DNA of 62,538 bases from Thermoplasmata archaeon (GTDB lineage Archaea; Thermoplasmatota; Thermoplasmata; Lutacidiplasmatales; UBA184): assembly GCA_021801925.1 (NCBI GenBank), contig JAKABH010000003.1, forward strand, positions 1-62,538, in the 5' to 3' direction. The stretch's first letter is position 1, and each line of letters starts with the position of its first letter. Both the position numbers and the translations under genes were made by a program. Below the pieces are notes generated by a model. The model was not told the origin of the DNA. It saw nothing but the letters and a program-made list of their open reading frames with translations, and searched no databases. Below are positions 15,704-26,629 of this stretch, in pieces.

Positions 15704-16588
15704 CTACTCCCTTTTCCGCTTTCCGATGGAGCCCGCGTCGGAGTCGGCCCTCGCCTCGTTCGCCCACGGGAACCCGCGGGCCGTCTCGGGCCAGTCGGAG
15801 CGGTCGCGGGGTGCGAGCGGCCGCCGTTCGAGGAACGCCCGCATCCCTTCCCGCTGGTCCGGTGTCCCGAAGAGCCGGGCCCACAGGTCGAGCTCGTAGG
15901 CGAGGTCGTCGTCGATCGACCGGTCGACGGCCCGCAGGATCTCGTACTTCGCCGCGGCGAGGGCGAGCGCCGGCTTCTCCGAAAGTTCCCGGGCGAACGC
16001 GATCGCGGCCGGCAGCAGCTCGGCCCGCGGCACGACGCGGTCGACCCAGCCGTCCGCGCGGGCCTCTTCCGCGGAGACGGCGCGGCCGGTGTAGATCCAC
16101 CGGCGGGCCCGCGCCGCACCGATCCGGCGCGGCAGGCGCTGCGAACCGCCCCATCCCGGCGTCACCCCGAGATTGATCTCGGGCTGCCCGAACGTCGCGT
16201 CGGCGGAGGCGAAGACGAAGTCGCACGCGAGCGCGACCTCGCAGCCGCCGCCGAGGCAGACCCCGTGGACCGCGGCGATCACAGGGAGGGGGAGCCGCTC
16301 GAGCCGCCGGGTCACTTCCTGGCCGCGGGCGCCGTGCCGGCGGGCCTCCTCCGGGGTCATCGTCGCCATCTCGCGGATGTTCGCCCCGGCGGCGAACGCC
16401 TTCTCCGCGGCGCTCGTGAGGACGACGACCCGGGCCGCCGGGTCGGCATCGATCGTCTCGAGCGCGTCTAGCAGCGCGTCGAGGACGGGGCGGGCGAGGA
16501 CGTTCACCGGCGGGTGATCGATCGTCACGACCCGGACGGGCCCGTCCGGGCGGACGGCGACAAGGGGTCGGTCGGCCGCTGCGGTCAT
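15704..16588 (-). CDS. Enoyl-CoA hydratase/isomerase (crotonase) family protein
   Basis: ATG at 16588 within ORF 15704..17041. Motifs: VRVVTIDHPPVNVL, VVVLTSAAEKAFAAGANIREM, PVIAAVHGVCLGGGCEVALACDFVFAS, FGQPEINLGVTPGWGGSQRLPR. Confidence 0.8.
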   Translation of the reverse strand: MTAAADRPLVAVRPDGPVRVVTIDHPPVNVLARPVLDALLDALETIDADPAARVVVLTSAAEKAFAAGANIREMATMTPEEARRHGARGQEVTRRLERLPLPVIAAVHGVCLGGGCEVALACDFVFASADATFGQPEINLGVTPGWGGSQRLPRRIGAARARRWIYTGRAVSAEEARADGWVDRVVPRAELLPAAIAFARELSEKPALALAAAKYEILRAVDRSIDDDLAYELDLWARLFGTPDQREGMRAFLERRPLAPRDRSDWPETARGFPWANEARADSDAGSIGKRKRE

Positions 16589-16646
16589 CGGGCGCCGGAC
16601 CCGGGGGGGGCTATTTAGGCGCGCAGGTTCGGGCCGGGGAGGATCG

Positions 16647-17693
16647 ATGCCGGCCGCGGTCGTGAGCACGTGGTACGGCACGTTCGTCGTCGACGGAGAG
16701 CGCGTGCTCGTCGCCGAGCGGGCCCCCACCGAGACGGCGGCGCTCGCGGAACGGACGCGGCTGCGGCGGAGCGGGGCGTTGACACCGGAGGAGACCGCCG
16801 TCCTCGGCCGCCGGGGCGGCGCCGGCTGGACGACCCGCGACCGCCGGCTCGTCCCGTACGGGATCCGGTGGGATCCCCGGGCGCCGGGCACGGTGCCGAA
16901 GACGGTCGTCCCCGGCTCGATCGCCGACGCCCGCGCGTTCCTTCTCGCCGACGCGGAGACGGCGCTGGCGGCGGCGTGGGATCCGTCCGTCCATGTCCAG
17001 GAGGCGGTGCGGGCGCTGGCCGACCTCGACCGCGTCCGCAACCTCCTCGGCGAGCGGCTCGGCAGCTGGGCGTCCCGCGACCACCCCGAACTCGACCCGG
17101 GGGACCACGCGCGCGCGGCGCGGGCGGCGCTGGAGGCGGACGCACCGGGCCCCCTGTCGCCGCGGGATCCGGGCGTCGCCGCGGCCCGGCGCCGGCTCGC
17201 GGAGCTCTACAGCGCCGTGGAGGGGGCCCGCGCCGCCCTCCTGACGTCGGTCGAAACGGCCTCCCCCGCCCAGACGCCGAACCTCGCGGCGCTGCTCGGG
17301 CCGGAGCTCGCCGCCCGGCTGGTCGCCCAGGCCGGCGGCCTCGAGCGGCTCGCCCGGCTGCCGTCGAGCACGGTGCAGGTCCTCGGGGCGGAGCGGGCGT
17401 TCTTCGAGCATCTGCGGGGCCGGGCGTCCCCCCCGCGCCACGGGCTCCTCTTCACCCACCCCGCGCTCCAGTCGGCGCCGCGCTCGGAGCGGGGAAAGCT
17501 CGCCCGGGCCCTGGCCGGCAAGGTCGCGATCGCCGCGCGGCTCGACGCCCACGGCGCCGCCGTCGAGCCGTCGCTCGCCCGGGCGTTCGACGCCCGTCGG
17601 GCGGAGCTCAAGTCCCGGCGCGGGCGGCCGACCCGGGCGGGGCGCCGGTCAGGGACCCGGCTTCCACTTGACCGAGCAGCCGGCGACCGGTAG
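16647..17693 (+). CDS. nop5: Nop5 (Nop56/58) C/D box sRNP core protein
   Basis: ORF 16647..17693. Nop domain: TPNLAALLGPELAARLVAQAGGLERLARLPSSTVQVLGAERAFFEHLRGRASPPRHGLLFTHPALQSAP..RGKLARALAGKVAIAARLD. Confidence 0.75.
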   Translation: MPAAVVSTWYGTFVVDGERVLVAERAPTETAALAERTRLRRSGALTPEETAVLGRRGGAGWTTRDRRLVPYGIRWDPRAPGTVPKTVVPGSIADARAFLLADAETALAAAWDPSVHVQEAVRALADLDRVRNLLGERLGSWASRDHPELDPGDHARAARAALEADAPGPLSPRDPGVAAARRRLAELYSAVEGARAALLTSVETASPAQTPNLAALLGPELAARLVAQAGGLERLARLPSSTVQVLGAERAFFEHLRGRASPPRHGLLFTHPALQSAPRSERGKLARALAGKVAIAARLDAHGAAVEPSLARAFDARRAELKSRRGRPTRAGRRSGTRLPLDRAAGDR

Positions 17694-18203
17694 CTCGGCC
17701 GGATCGACCGGCCGCCCCGCGAGCGCCTGCTCGATCGCCGTCTCGAGGTACCGCTCGGTGACCCGTTCCGGGTGCTGGTGGTCGTTGTCGATCCGCCCCT
17801 GGAAGAGGAGCGTCCGCTCCGGGCCGAACAGCATCGGGTGGGGCGTCACCCGGGCGCCGTAGGCGCGGGCGATCGCCTGGGAATCGTCGACCAGATACGG
17901 GAACGGGTAGTGCTGCTCGGCGGCCCGCCGGACCATGTTCTCGAGGGAATCCTCGGGGTAGGCCCGCGCGTCGTTCGAGTTGATCAGCACGAAGCCGACC
18001 CCCTTCGCCCGGTACCGCTCCGCGAGCGCGATCGTCCGCCCCTCCCAGGCGCGGACGTACGGGCAGTGGTTGCACCAGAAGACCACGACGAGGTAGGGGG
18101 TGCGGAACGAGCCGAGCGCGTAGGTCTTGCCGTCGACCCCCTGCAGCTCGAACGGCGGCGCGCGGTCGCCCGGATGCAGATCGAAGCCGCTCAACTCGGC
18201 CAT
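17649..18203 (-). CDS. Thioredoxin-fold thiol-disulfide oxidoreductase (redoxin/ResA-like)
   Basis: ORF 17649..18203. APPFELQGVDGKTYALGSF..YLVVVFWCNHCPYV contains a CxxC motif. Confidence 0.75.
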   Translation of the reverse strand: MAELSGFDLHPGDRAPPFELQGVDGKTYALGSFRTPYLVVVFWCNHCPYVRAWEGRTIALAERYRAKGVGFVLINSNDARAYPEDSLENMVRRAAEQHYPFPYLVDDSQAIARAYGARVTPHPMLFGPERTLLFQGRIDNDHQHPERVTERYLETAIEQALAGRPVDPAELPVAGCSVKWKPGP

Positions 18204-18265
18204 GCCGCCCCGGAGCGGGGGAGCCTCTTACCGTTTTAGTCGGGAGCGGGCTGCAGCGTCCGACC

Positions 18266-18967
18266 GTGTCCGTCCCCCCACCGGCCCCGAAGGCCGTCCC
18301 GAGCCGCGTCGTCGACGGCCCGGTGCCGCTCGCCGCCGCGGAGGCGCGGCAGGAGGCGCTGCTCGGTCTCGGGGCGCCGGCGGTGTACGTCGGCGTGGCG
18401 GACGGCCGCTGCCTCTCCTACGGGGTGCGGGTCGCCGAGACGGCGCCGTACCTCGCCCGGGCGCGGGCCGACGGCGTGCCCGTCCTCCGTCGCCGCTCGG
18501 GGGGCACCGGGGTCCTGGTCGGGCCGGGGGACCTGCTCTGGGGGATCGTCGTCCCCCGCACGGAGCCGCTCGCCGGCCGGGATTTCGTGCGCGCCTACGA
18601 CCGGCTCGGCGCCGGGGTGGTCGGCTGGCTCGGTGCCGCGGGCGTCGTGGCCGGGTGGACGTCGCCGCCCGGGCTCTCCGACGACTACTGCCCGCTCGGG
18701 CGGGACGGGGCGGTGCTCGAGGCCGGCGGCCGGATCGTCGCGGCGGCGGCGCAGCACGCGACCGCCCGGGCGCTCCTCCATCACGGGGTCGTCGCCCGGG
18801 CCGTGGACCACGCGCGGATCGCCCGGTACTTCGACCTCGCGGAGCCCGAGGTCGCCGCCCATCTCGGCGGGTGGGAGGAGATCCCCGCGGAGATCGACCC
18901 CGGTCGGGCGGCCCCCGCCCTCGCCGCCCACCTCGCCCGCTCGTTCGCGGCGGCGCCCGTCGGCTGA
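18266..18967 (+). CDS. Biotin/lipoate protein ligase (BPL/LPL catalytic domain) family protein
   Basis: ORF 18266..18967. VLRRRSGGTGVLVGPGDLLWGIV resembles the LplA RRxSGGGAV motif. The position of the usual catalytic Lys seems to read GGRIVAAAAQ (Arg), so activity is uncertain. Confidence 0.55.
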   Translation: MSVPPPAPKAVPSRVVDGPVPLAAAEARQEALLGLGAPAVYVGVADGRCLSYGVRVAETAPYLARARADGVPVLRRRSGGTGVLVGPGDLLWGIVVPRTEPLAGRDFVRAYDRLGAGVVGWLGAAGVVAGWTSPPGLSDDYCPLGRDGAVLEAGGRIVAAAAQHATARALLHHGVVARAVDHARIARYFDLAEPEVAAHLGGWEEIPAEIDPGRAAPALAAHLARSFAAAPVG

Positions 18968-18971
18968 CCGG

Positions 18972-20285
18972 TCACTTCGGCCGGGCCGCCCAGAGGCCGT
19001 CGGCGACCGCCTCGACCTCCCGGCGGATCGTCGGCCAGTCGCCGTGGACCAGGCGGCGGCCGCGCACGACCGGGCGGCCGTCGACGTACACCGAATCGAT
19101 CGCCTCGTCGTTCGCGGCGTAGGCGAGGTGCGAGACGAGCGCCTCGGGGCGGGCCGGGACGAGCGTGGGGTGGTCGAGCCGGAAAAGAGAGAAGTCCGCC
19201 CGCTTGCCGACCTCGATCGAACCGAGCTCCTCCGCGGCGCCGAGCGCCCGGGCCCCCTCGATCGTCGCGAGGTCGAGGAGCTCCTGCGCCGACAGGGCGG
19301 CGGCGTCCCAGCGGTGGTTCTTCTGGACGAGGCCGGCGAGGTGGATCTCCCGCAGCATCGAGAGGGAGTTGTTCGAGGCGACCGAGTCGGTCCCGATCCC
19401 GACCGTCGCCCCGGCGGCGCGGAGCTCGACGACCGGGGCGACGCCGCCCGAGGCGAGCTTCAGGTTCGACGCCGCGCAGTGGGCGACGGCGACGTGCCGT
19501 TCGGCGAGGCGCCGGATCTCCTGGCCGGTCAGCCAGACGGCGTGGGCGGCGACCTGGCGGGGGCCCAAAAAGCCGATCTCGTCGAGCCAGTCGGCCGGCC
19601 GCCGACCGGTCTTCGCCTCGTGCTCGTGGACCTCGCGACGGGTCTCCGAGAGGTGGTAGTGGAGGAGCGTCCCCTCCCGTTCGGCGAGCTCCCGCGCCCC
19701 GAGCCACGTCTCCCGGCCGCAGACGTACACCCCCTGCGGGGCGACCAGCGGCCGGACGAGCGGATGCGCCTTCCACCGGTGGACGAAGGCGCGGGCGTTG
19801 TCGAGGGGGACGCCGGACTGGGTCGTCATCTCGGGATCGAGGACCGCCCAGCCGAGGAACCCCCGCAGGCCGAGGCCGCTCGTCGCCCGGGCGACGGCGT
19901 CCTCGAAGTAGTAGAGGTCGAGGAACGACGTCGTCCCGCCGAGGAGCATCTCCGCCGCCCCGGCGCGGGCGCCGATCTCGACATCCCGCTCCGCCCGCCG
20001 CGCGTCCACCGCGAAGAGCGTCTCCAGGAATCCCCCGAGATCGCGGTCGTCGGCGATCCCGCGGAGCGGGTGCATCGCGACGTGGGCGTGGAGGTTCACG
20101 AACCCGGGGACGATCGCCCGGTCGTGGGCGGGGACGACCTCGGCCCCCTCCCGGGGGGCGCCGGGGCCGACGTGGGTGAAGCGGCCGTCCTCGACGCGGA
20201 CGTCCCCCCGCACGACGCGCCGGCTGGCGTCCTGGGTCGCGATCAGCGCATCGACGAAGACCCGCGGCGGCTCGGCGGCGGTCAC
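18972..20285 (-). CDS. Amidohydrolase family deaminase (MTA/SAH deaminase MtaD-like)
   Basis: GTG at 20285 within ORF 18972..20429. Motifs: PGFVNLHAHVAM, HYHLSET, VAVAHCAASNLKLASG, GIGTDSVASNN. Confidence 0.75.
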   Translation of the reverse strand: MTAAEPPRVFVDALIATQDASRRVVRGDVRVEDGRFTHVGPGAPREGAEVVPAHDRAIVPGFVNLHAHVAMHPLRGIADDRDLGGFLETLFAVDARRAERDVEIGARAGAAEMLLGGTTSFLDLYYFEDAVARATSGLGLRGFLGWAVLDPEMTTQSGVPLDNARAFVHRWKAHPLVRPLVAPQGVYVCGRETWLGARELAEREGTLLHYHLSETRREVHEHEAKTGRRPADWLDEIGFLGPRQVAAHAVWLTGQEIRRLAERHVAVAHCAASNLKLASGGVAPVVELRAAGATVGIGTDSVASNNSLSMLREIHLAGLVQKNHRWDAAALSAQELLDLATIEGARALGAAEELGSIEVGKRADFSLFRLDHPTLVPARPEALVSHLAYAANDEAIDSVYVDGRPVVRGRRLVHGDWPTIRREVEAVADGLWAARPK

Positions 20286-20293
20286 GGAACGCC

Positions 20294-21019
20294 CTACCGG
20301 GGCGGCTCTAAAAGGCGTTCCGCGCCGGGGGCGTTCACGCGGTCGGCCGGGACCTCGGGGAGGTCGCCGACCCCCTCGGCGGTGCGCGCCTCCGAGAGGC
20401 GGAACTCCCGGAACAGCCGGACGACCCATGGGCGGGAGAAGACGACCAGGATCGGGACGATCGCCAGGACGACCAGGATCGCGTCGACCCAGAGGCCCGG
20501 GACCCAGCCGGCGCTCGGCATCCCGAGGATCGTCGCCGCCGTGTTCGGGATCAGGACGACGGCGCCGACCAGCGCGAGGACGAGGGCGACGTAGGCGACC
20601 CCGAGCATCCGGATGTTCGAGGTGTTCGCGATCGTCGCGATCCGGTTCGACACCTCCCCGAGCCGGTTCGTGGCGACGGAGAGGCGGTTCGCCTCGGCGG
20701 CGGCGCGGAGCGCGAGCAGGTCGCGCAGCCCCTGGCCGACCTCGGCGGCGAATCCCTCCAGGTGCCCGACCTCCGCCTGGACGAAGCCGAGGGCCGATGC
20801 GAGGCCGGGGAACCGCGCCCCGAGCGGGCCGCCGAGCTCGGCGACGACGACCGTGAGGCGCCCCACGTCGGCCCGGACGGCGCGGACCCGCTGCTGGAGG
20901 CGGCCGAGCTCCGCGAGGGGCGTCGCCTCGCCGGCCGCCTCGACGTCGTCGAGCCGGCCCGCGAGCGTCTCGAGCCGCTCCAAGCAGCCGCGCGCCACCG
21001 CCTGGAGGAGGTTCACCAA
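20294..21019 (-). CDS. CorA-like divalent cation transporter (C-terminal coiled coil + 2 TM). The coding-like sequence continues upstream to about 21280 without a canonical start.
   Basis: ORF 20294..21019. NIRMLGVAYVALVLALVGAVVLIPNTAATILGMPSAGW has the CorA TM1-loop architecture, with GMP in place of GMN. See the finding on 21020..21281. Confidence 0.55.
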   Translation of the reverse strand: MVNLLQAVARGCLERLETLAGRLDDVEAAGEATPLAELGRLQQRVRAVRADVGRLTVVVAELGGPLGARFPGLASALGFVQAEVGHLEGFAAEVGQGLRDLLALRAAAEANRLSVATNRLGEVSNRIATIANTSNIRMLGVAYVALVLALVGAVVLIPNTAATILGMPSAGWVPGLWVDAILVVLAIVPILVVFSRPWVVRLFREFRLSEARTAEGVGDLPEVPADRVNAPGAERLLEPPR

Positions 21020-21281
21020 GTCGGCGGTCGGCCCCTCGAGCCCGTGGGCCGCGGCGAGCAGGCCGGGCGGCGGCCGGGGCCCGACCCAGCGGAGCCCCGT
21101 GGGGGCGAGCCAGATCCCGTGGGGGGTCGGGGGGCCGTCCCCGTCCCGGGTCGAGAGGAGCAGGAGGGTGCCGCCGGGGCCGCGGAGCAGCGGCCGACGG
21201 GGGAGCGGCGTCGCCGCCAGCCCGATCCCCGCGAGGGCCTCGGCGACCGGGATCCCGTCGCCGGCGGACGTCGTCCCTCCC

Positions 21282-23246
<1,965 letters not shown>

Positions 23247-23371
23247 TTATAACCCTTCGTGGCGGCCGGAGCCGGTCGGGGTCGGCCGGGGGGGTTCCCG
23301 CGGCGTCCGGACGGGGCCGGCCCGGGGGCCGGCAACGCCCTAATACGGGCAAACCTCCTCCTCGACCGAGC

Positions 23372-24001
23372 ATGCCGGACCCCGCGGGCCCCTCCGAACC
23401 GGAACCGACCGAGACGGCCCACCCCGCCCCGCCCCGGTCGACCGACGAGGCGGCGCCGCGTACCTCCCGCACCGGCCCCCCGTCCCCCTCCCCGCCGGAG
23501 GGAGAGGCGGCAGCCCCGGCGCCCCCCACGTCCGAGGAGTGGGCGAACCGGTACCGCTACCTCCTCGCCGACTTCGAGAACTTCCGCCGGCGCGTCGAGC
23601 GGGAGCGGGAGGCGATCTCCCGCCAGGCGCGCGGCGCGATGCTCCGGGAGCTCCTTCCGATCGTGGAGGCGTTCCGCGCGGCGCGCGAGGCGATCGGCAC
23701 CCGACCCGGGGCCGACCCGATCCGGCACGGGCTCGAGCTGCTCGACCGGGAGTGGATGACGTTCCTGAAGCACGAGGGGGTCGTGCCGGTCGCGACGGTC
23801 GGCGAGGCGTTCCGCCCCGACGAGCAGGAGGCGGTCGGGGAGGCGCCGCCGCGGGACGGGATCCCGGACGGGTCGGTCGCCGAGGTCGTCCAGCAGGGGT
23901 ACCGCTTCTTCGGCGGCATCCTCCGCCCCGCCAAGGTCGTCGTCGCCCGGGCGCGCGCCCCGGCGGGGGCGCCGGACGCCCCTTCGGAGGAGTCGGCATG
24001 A
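23372..24001 (+). CDS. grpE: GrpE nucleotide exchange factor
   Basis: ATG at 23372 within ORF 23192..24001. Motifs: YRYLLADFENFRRRVERE, LLPIVEAFRAA, GEAFRPDEQEAV, GYRFFGGILRPAKVVV. Confidence 0.85.
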   Translation: MPDPAGPSEPEPTETAHPAPPRSTDEAAPRTSRTGPPSPSPPEGEAAAPAPPTSEEWANRYRYLLADFENFRRRVEREREAISRQARGAMLRELLPIVEAFRAAREAIGTRPGADPIRHGLELLDREWMTFLKHEGVVPVATVGEAFRPDEQEAVGEAPPRDGIPDGSVAEVVQQGYRFFGGILRPAKVVVARARAPAGAPDAPSEESA

Positions 24002-25299
24002 CGCCGTCGTCGGAGATCTCGGGCCTCTACCGCAAGTCGATCGCCGAGCGCCGCGCCCTCGCCCGGGCCTGGGCCGGCCTCTCCGAGGAGGAGAGCCGGG
24101 CGTGGGAGTTTCCGCCGGGGGTCGACCCGGCGACGCTCGATCGGATGATCGAGAACGTGATCGGCGTGATGCCGATCCCGCTCGGGGTCGCGACGCATTT
24201 CCGGATCAACGGGAAGGACTACCTCGTCCCGATGGCGATCGAGGAACCGAGCGTCGTGGCGGCGGCGTCGAACTCGGCGAAGGTCGCCCGGACCTCCGGC
24301 GGCTTCTTCGCCCAGAGCACCGAGCCGGTGATGATCGGCCAGGTCCAGATCATGGACGTCGCGGATCCGGCGGCGGCCCGCCTGCGGATCCTCGCGGCCC
24401 GGACCGAACTGCTCGCCGCCGCGAACGCGAAGGATCCGGTCCTGGTGAAGTTCGGCGGCGGCGCCCGCGAGCTGGAGGTCCGCGTCCTTCCGTCCCCCCG
24501 CGGGACGATCGTCGTCGTCCACCTGCTGGTGGACGCGCGGGACGCCGGCGGGATGAACGCCGTCAACACGATGTGCGAGGCGCTCGCGCCCGAGCTCGCC
24601 CGGCTCGCGGGGGGCCGTTCGGTCCTGCGGATCATCTCGAACCTCGCCGTGCACCGTCTCGCGCGGGCCCGGGCGGTCTTCCCGGCGGCCCAGCTCCGGA
24701 CGGAGACGATGACCGGCGAGGAGGTCGTGGAGGGGGTGCTCGACGCCTACGCCTTCGCCGTCGCGGATCCGTTCCGATGCGCGACGCACAACAAGGGGAT
24801 CATGAACGGGATCAGCGCGGTCGTCCTCGCGACGGGGAACGACTTCCGCGCGATCGAGAGCGGCGCCCACTCCTTCGCCGCCTGGAAGGCGGCGCCCGAC
24901 GGCGCCGCGATCCGCCCGCTCACCACCTACGAGAAGGACCGGGACGGCAACCTGGCGGCGACGATCGAGCTTCCCGTCCCCGTCGGCCTCATCGGCGGGG
25001 CGACCGCGGTCCACCCGACGGCGAAGGCGAACGTGAAGCTCCTGGGAGTCGCCTCGGCGCGGGAGCTCGGAGAGGTCCTCGCCGCGGTCGGCCTCGCCCA
25101 GAACTTTGCCGCCCTGCGGGCCCTGGCGACGGAGGGGATCCAGCGGGGCCACATGGAGCTCCACGCCCGGAACCTGGCGGCGAGCGCCGGCGCCCGACCG
25201 GACGAGGTCGACCGCGTCGTCGCCCGGCTCGTCGCCGAGCGGGCGATCCGCTTCGACCGGGCGAAGGCGGTCCTCGAGGAGCTTCGGGCCGGCCGATGA
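23998..25299 (+). CDS. hmgA: Hydroxymethylglutaryl-CoA reductase, class II
   Basis: The ATG at 23998 overlaps the grpE stop (ATGA). Motifs: IENVIGVMPIPLGVATHFRINGKDYLVPMAIEEPSVVAAASNSAK, DAGGMNAVNTMCE, THNKGIMNGISAVVLATGND, ALATEGIQRGHMELHARN. Confidence 0.9.
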   Translation: MTPSSEISGLYRKSIAERRALARAWAGLSEEESRAWEFPPGVDPATLDRMIENVIGVMPIPLGVATHFRINGKDYLVPMAIEEPSVVAAASNSAKVARTSGGFFAQSTEPVMIGQVQIMDVADPAAARLRILAARTELLAAANAKDPVLVKFGGGARELEVRVLPSPRGTIVVVHLLVDARDAGGMNAVNTMCEALAPELARLAGGRSVLRIISNLAVHRLARARAVFPAAQLRTETMTGEEVVEGVLDAYAFAVADPFRCATHNKGIMNGISAVVLATGNDFRAIESGAHSFAAWKAAPDGAAIRPLTTYEKDRDGNLAATIELPVPVGLIGGATAVHPTAKANVKLLGVASARELGEVLAAVGLAQNFAALRALATEGIQRGHMELHARNLAASAGARPDEVDRVVARLVAERAIRFDRAKAVLEELRAGR

Positions 25300-25886
25300 C
25301 GGTCGGCGTCCTCGCGCTCCAGGGGGACGTCCCGGAGCATCTCCGCACGGTCGGGGGCCTCGTGCCGCCGTCGTCGGTGATTGCGGTCCGCCGACCGGCC
25401 GATCTCGCCGTCGTCGCCGCCCTCTTCCTGCCCGGCGGCGAGTCGACGACGATCGCCCGGCTCCTGCACGACGCCGGCCTCTGGGAGCCGCTCAGGCGCC
25501 GGCTGGCGGACGGCCTGCCGGTGCTCGGCACCTGCGCCGGCCTCATCCTGCTCTCCGCGGAGCTCGCCCCGTCCCCCGGCGGGGCGAACCCGCCCACGTT
25601 CGGGGTGCTGGACATCCGGGTCCGGCGGAACGACTACGGGAACCAGAGGGAGTCGTTCGAGGGGCCGGTGACGGTCGAGGGGCTCGACGGGGGTCCGTTC
25701 CCCGGGGTCTTCATCCGGGCGCCCCGGATCCTCTCGGTCGGCCCGAAGGCGGTGCCGATCGCCTGGCGCGGCGAAGAGGTCGTGGGCGCCCGGTCCGGGC
25801 CGGTCTGGGGATTGACGTTCCACCCCGAACTGACGGACGACCTCCGCGTCCACCGCCGGTTCCTTTCGGCGGCCGGCGTGGCGTAG
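25296..25886 (+). CDS. pdxT: Pyridoxal 5'-phosphate synthase glutaminase subunit PdxT
   Basis: The ATG at 25296 overlaps the hmgA stop (ATGA). Motifs: VGVLALQGDV, LFLPGGESTT, PVLGTCAGLILL, VWGLTFHPELTDD. Confidence 0.85.
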   Translation: MTVGVLALQGDVPEHLRTVGGLVPPSSVIAVRRPADLAVVAALFLPGGESTTIARLLHDAGLWEPLRRRLADGLPVLGTCAGLILLSAELAPSPGGANPPTFGVLDIRVRRNDYGNQRESFEGPVTVEGLDGGPFPGVFIRAPRILSVGPKAVPIAWRGEEVVGARSGPVWGLTFHPELTDDLRVHRRFLSAAGVA

Positions 25887-25953
25887 GGCGCGGCGCTCCG
25901 GCCCCGGGTCGGAGCAGCGACCGCGCCGAAGAGACCCCCGTCCGCGGGAAGCG

Positions 25954-26382
25954 CTACGGGAACGCCCCAAGGTAGAGAACGAGCGCGACCCCAAGCACGA
26001 TCGCCGTGCCGGCGAGCGCGAGGCCCCAGCGGGCCCGGCGGGAGAGGGGCCGCCAGCTCCCGAAGACGATCGGGATCGGTCCGAGCAGGATCACGCCGCC
26101 GAAGCCGCCCGAGGGCCCGGGGGCGGGACGCCCACCGGGGTCCGCGCTCGGCGCAGGGCGGGGCGGGGGCTCCCCCGGCGAACCGGGGAACGCGAGCGGG
26201 AGGGTGAAGATCCCGGCGAGGAGGAGGAGGCTCCCCACCAGCGGTTCGAACGACCGGTCGGCGACGAAGACCGGCAGGACGACGACGAGGTAGACGGTCG
26301 CGTTGCCCCGGGCCAACGCGTCGGCCCAGAGGGCGATCCCCGCGACCAGCAGCCCGACGGGCACGAGCGCGGTGGCCCGCAC
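25954..26382 (-). CDS. Small integral membrane protein, DUF131/TIGR00304-like
   Basis: GTG at 26382 within ORF 25954..26514, with a TATA-like GCTTTAC 24-30 nt upstream. Three hydrophobic segments and GGFGGVILLGPIPIVFGS. Confidence 0.5.
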   Translation of the reverse strand: MRATALVPVGLLVAGIALWADALARGNATVYLVVVLPVFVADRSFEPLVGSLLLLAGIFTLPLAFPGSPGEPPPRPAPSADPGGRPAPGPSGGFGGVILLGPIPIVFGSWRPLSRRARWGLALAGTAIVLGVALVLYLGAFP

Positions 26383-26629
26383 GGTGCCGGTACCGTCGCC
26401 GCGGCGTAAAGCGTGCGGGGGCGTGCGGCGCTGGGGGTAGCCGGGCCGAACCGCGCGGGAGCCGGTAGCGACCGGACGGCACCGCGGGACCCTTCCCGCC
26501 GGCCCCGAGCGCACCCGCTCCCGACGGCGGTGCGGGGATTCCCGCCCACCCGGGCCGTCGGGTCCGAAGCCGGGCGTGCGCTGGAGGGATGTGGGCTCGG
26601 GGGGCGTTCGGGCTCAGCGCCGGGACCCG

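Noticed and set aside
16647-17693. Nop5 gene without the usual adjacent fibrillarin gene. Its 3' end overlaps the convergent thioredoxin-like gene by 45 nt.
   Set aside because: Fibrillarin may simply lie elsewhere, which cannot be judged from one window. Convergent overlaps are common in this compact genome.
26520-26562. Long imperfect hairpin (CCCGACGGC...GCCGTCGGG with an inner GGTGCGGGG/CCCGCCCACC) in the 247-nt dph2-DUF131 spacer. Possible small RNA.
   Set aside because: It has no C/D box or other ncRNA signatures. It is most simply a G+C-rich terminator-type structure downstream of dph2.
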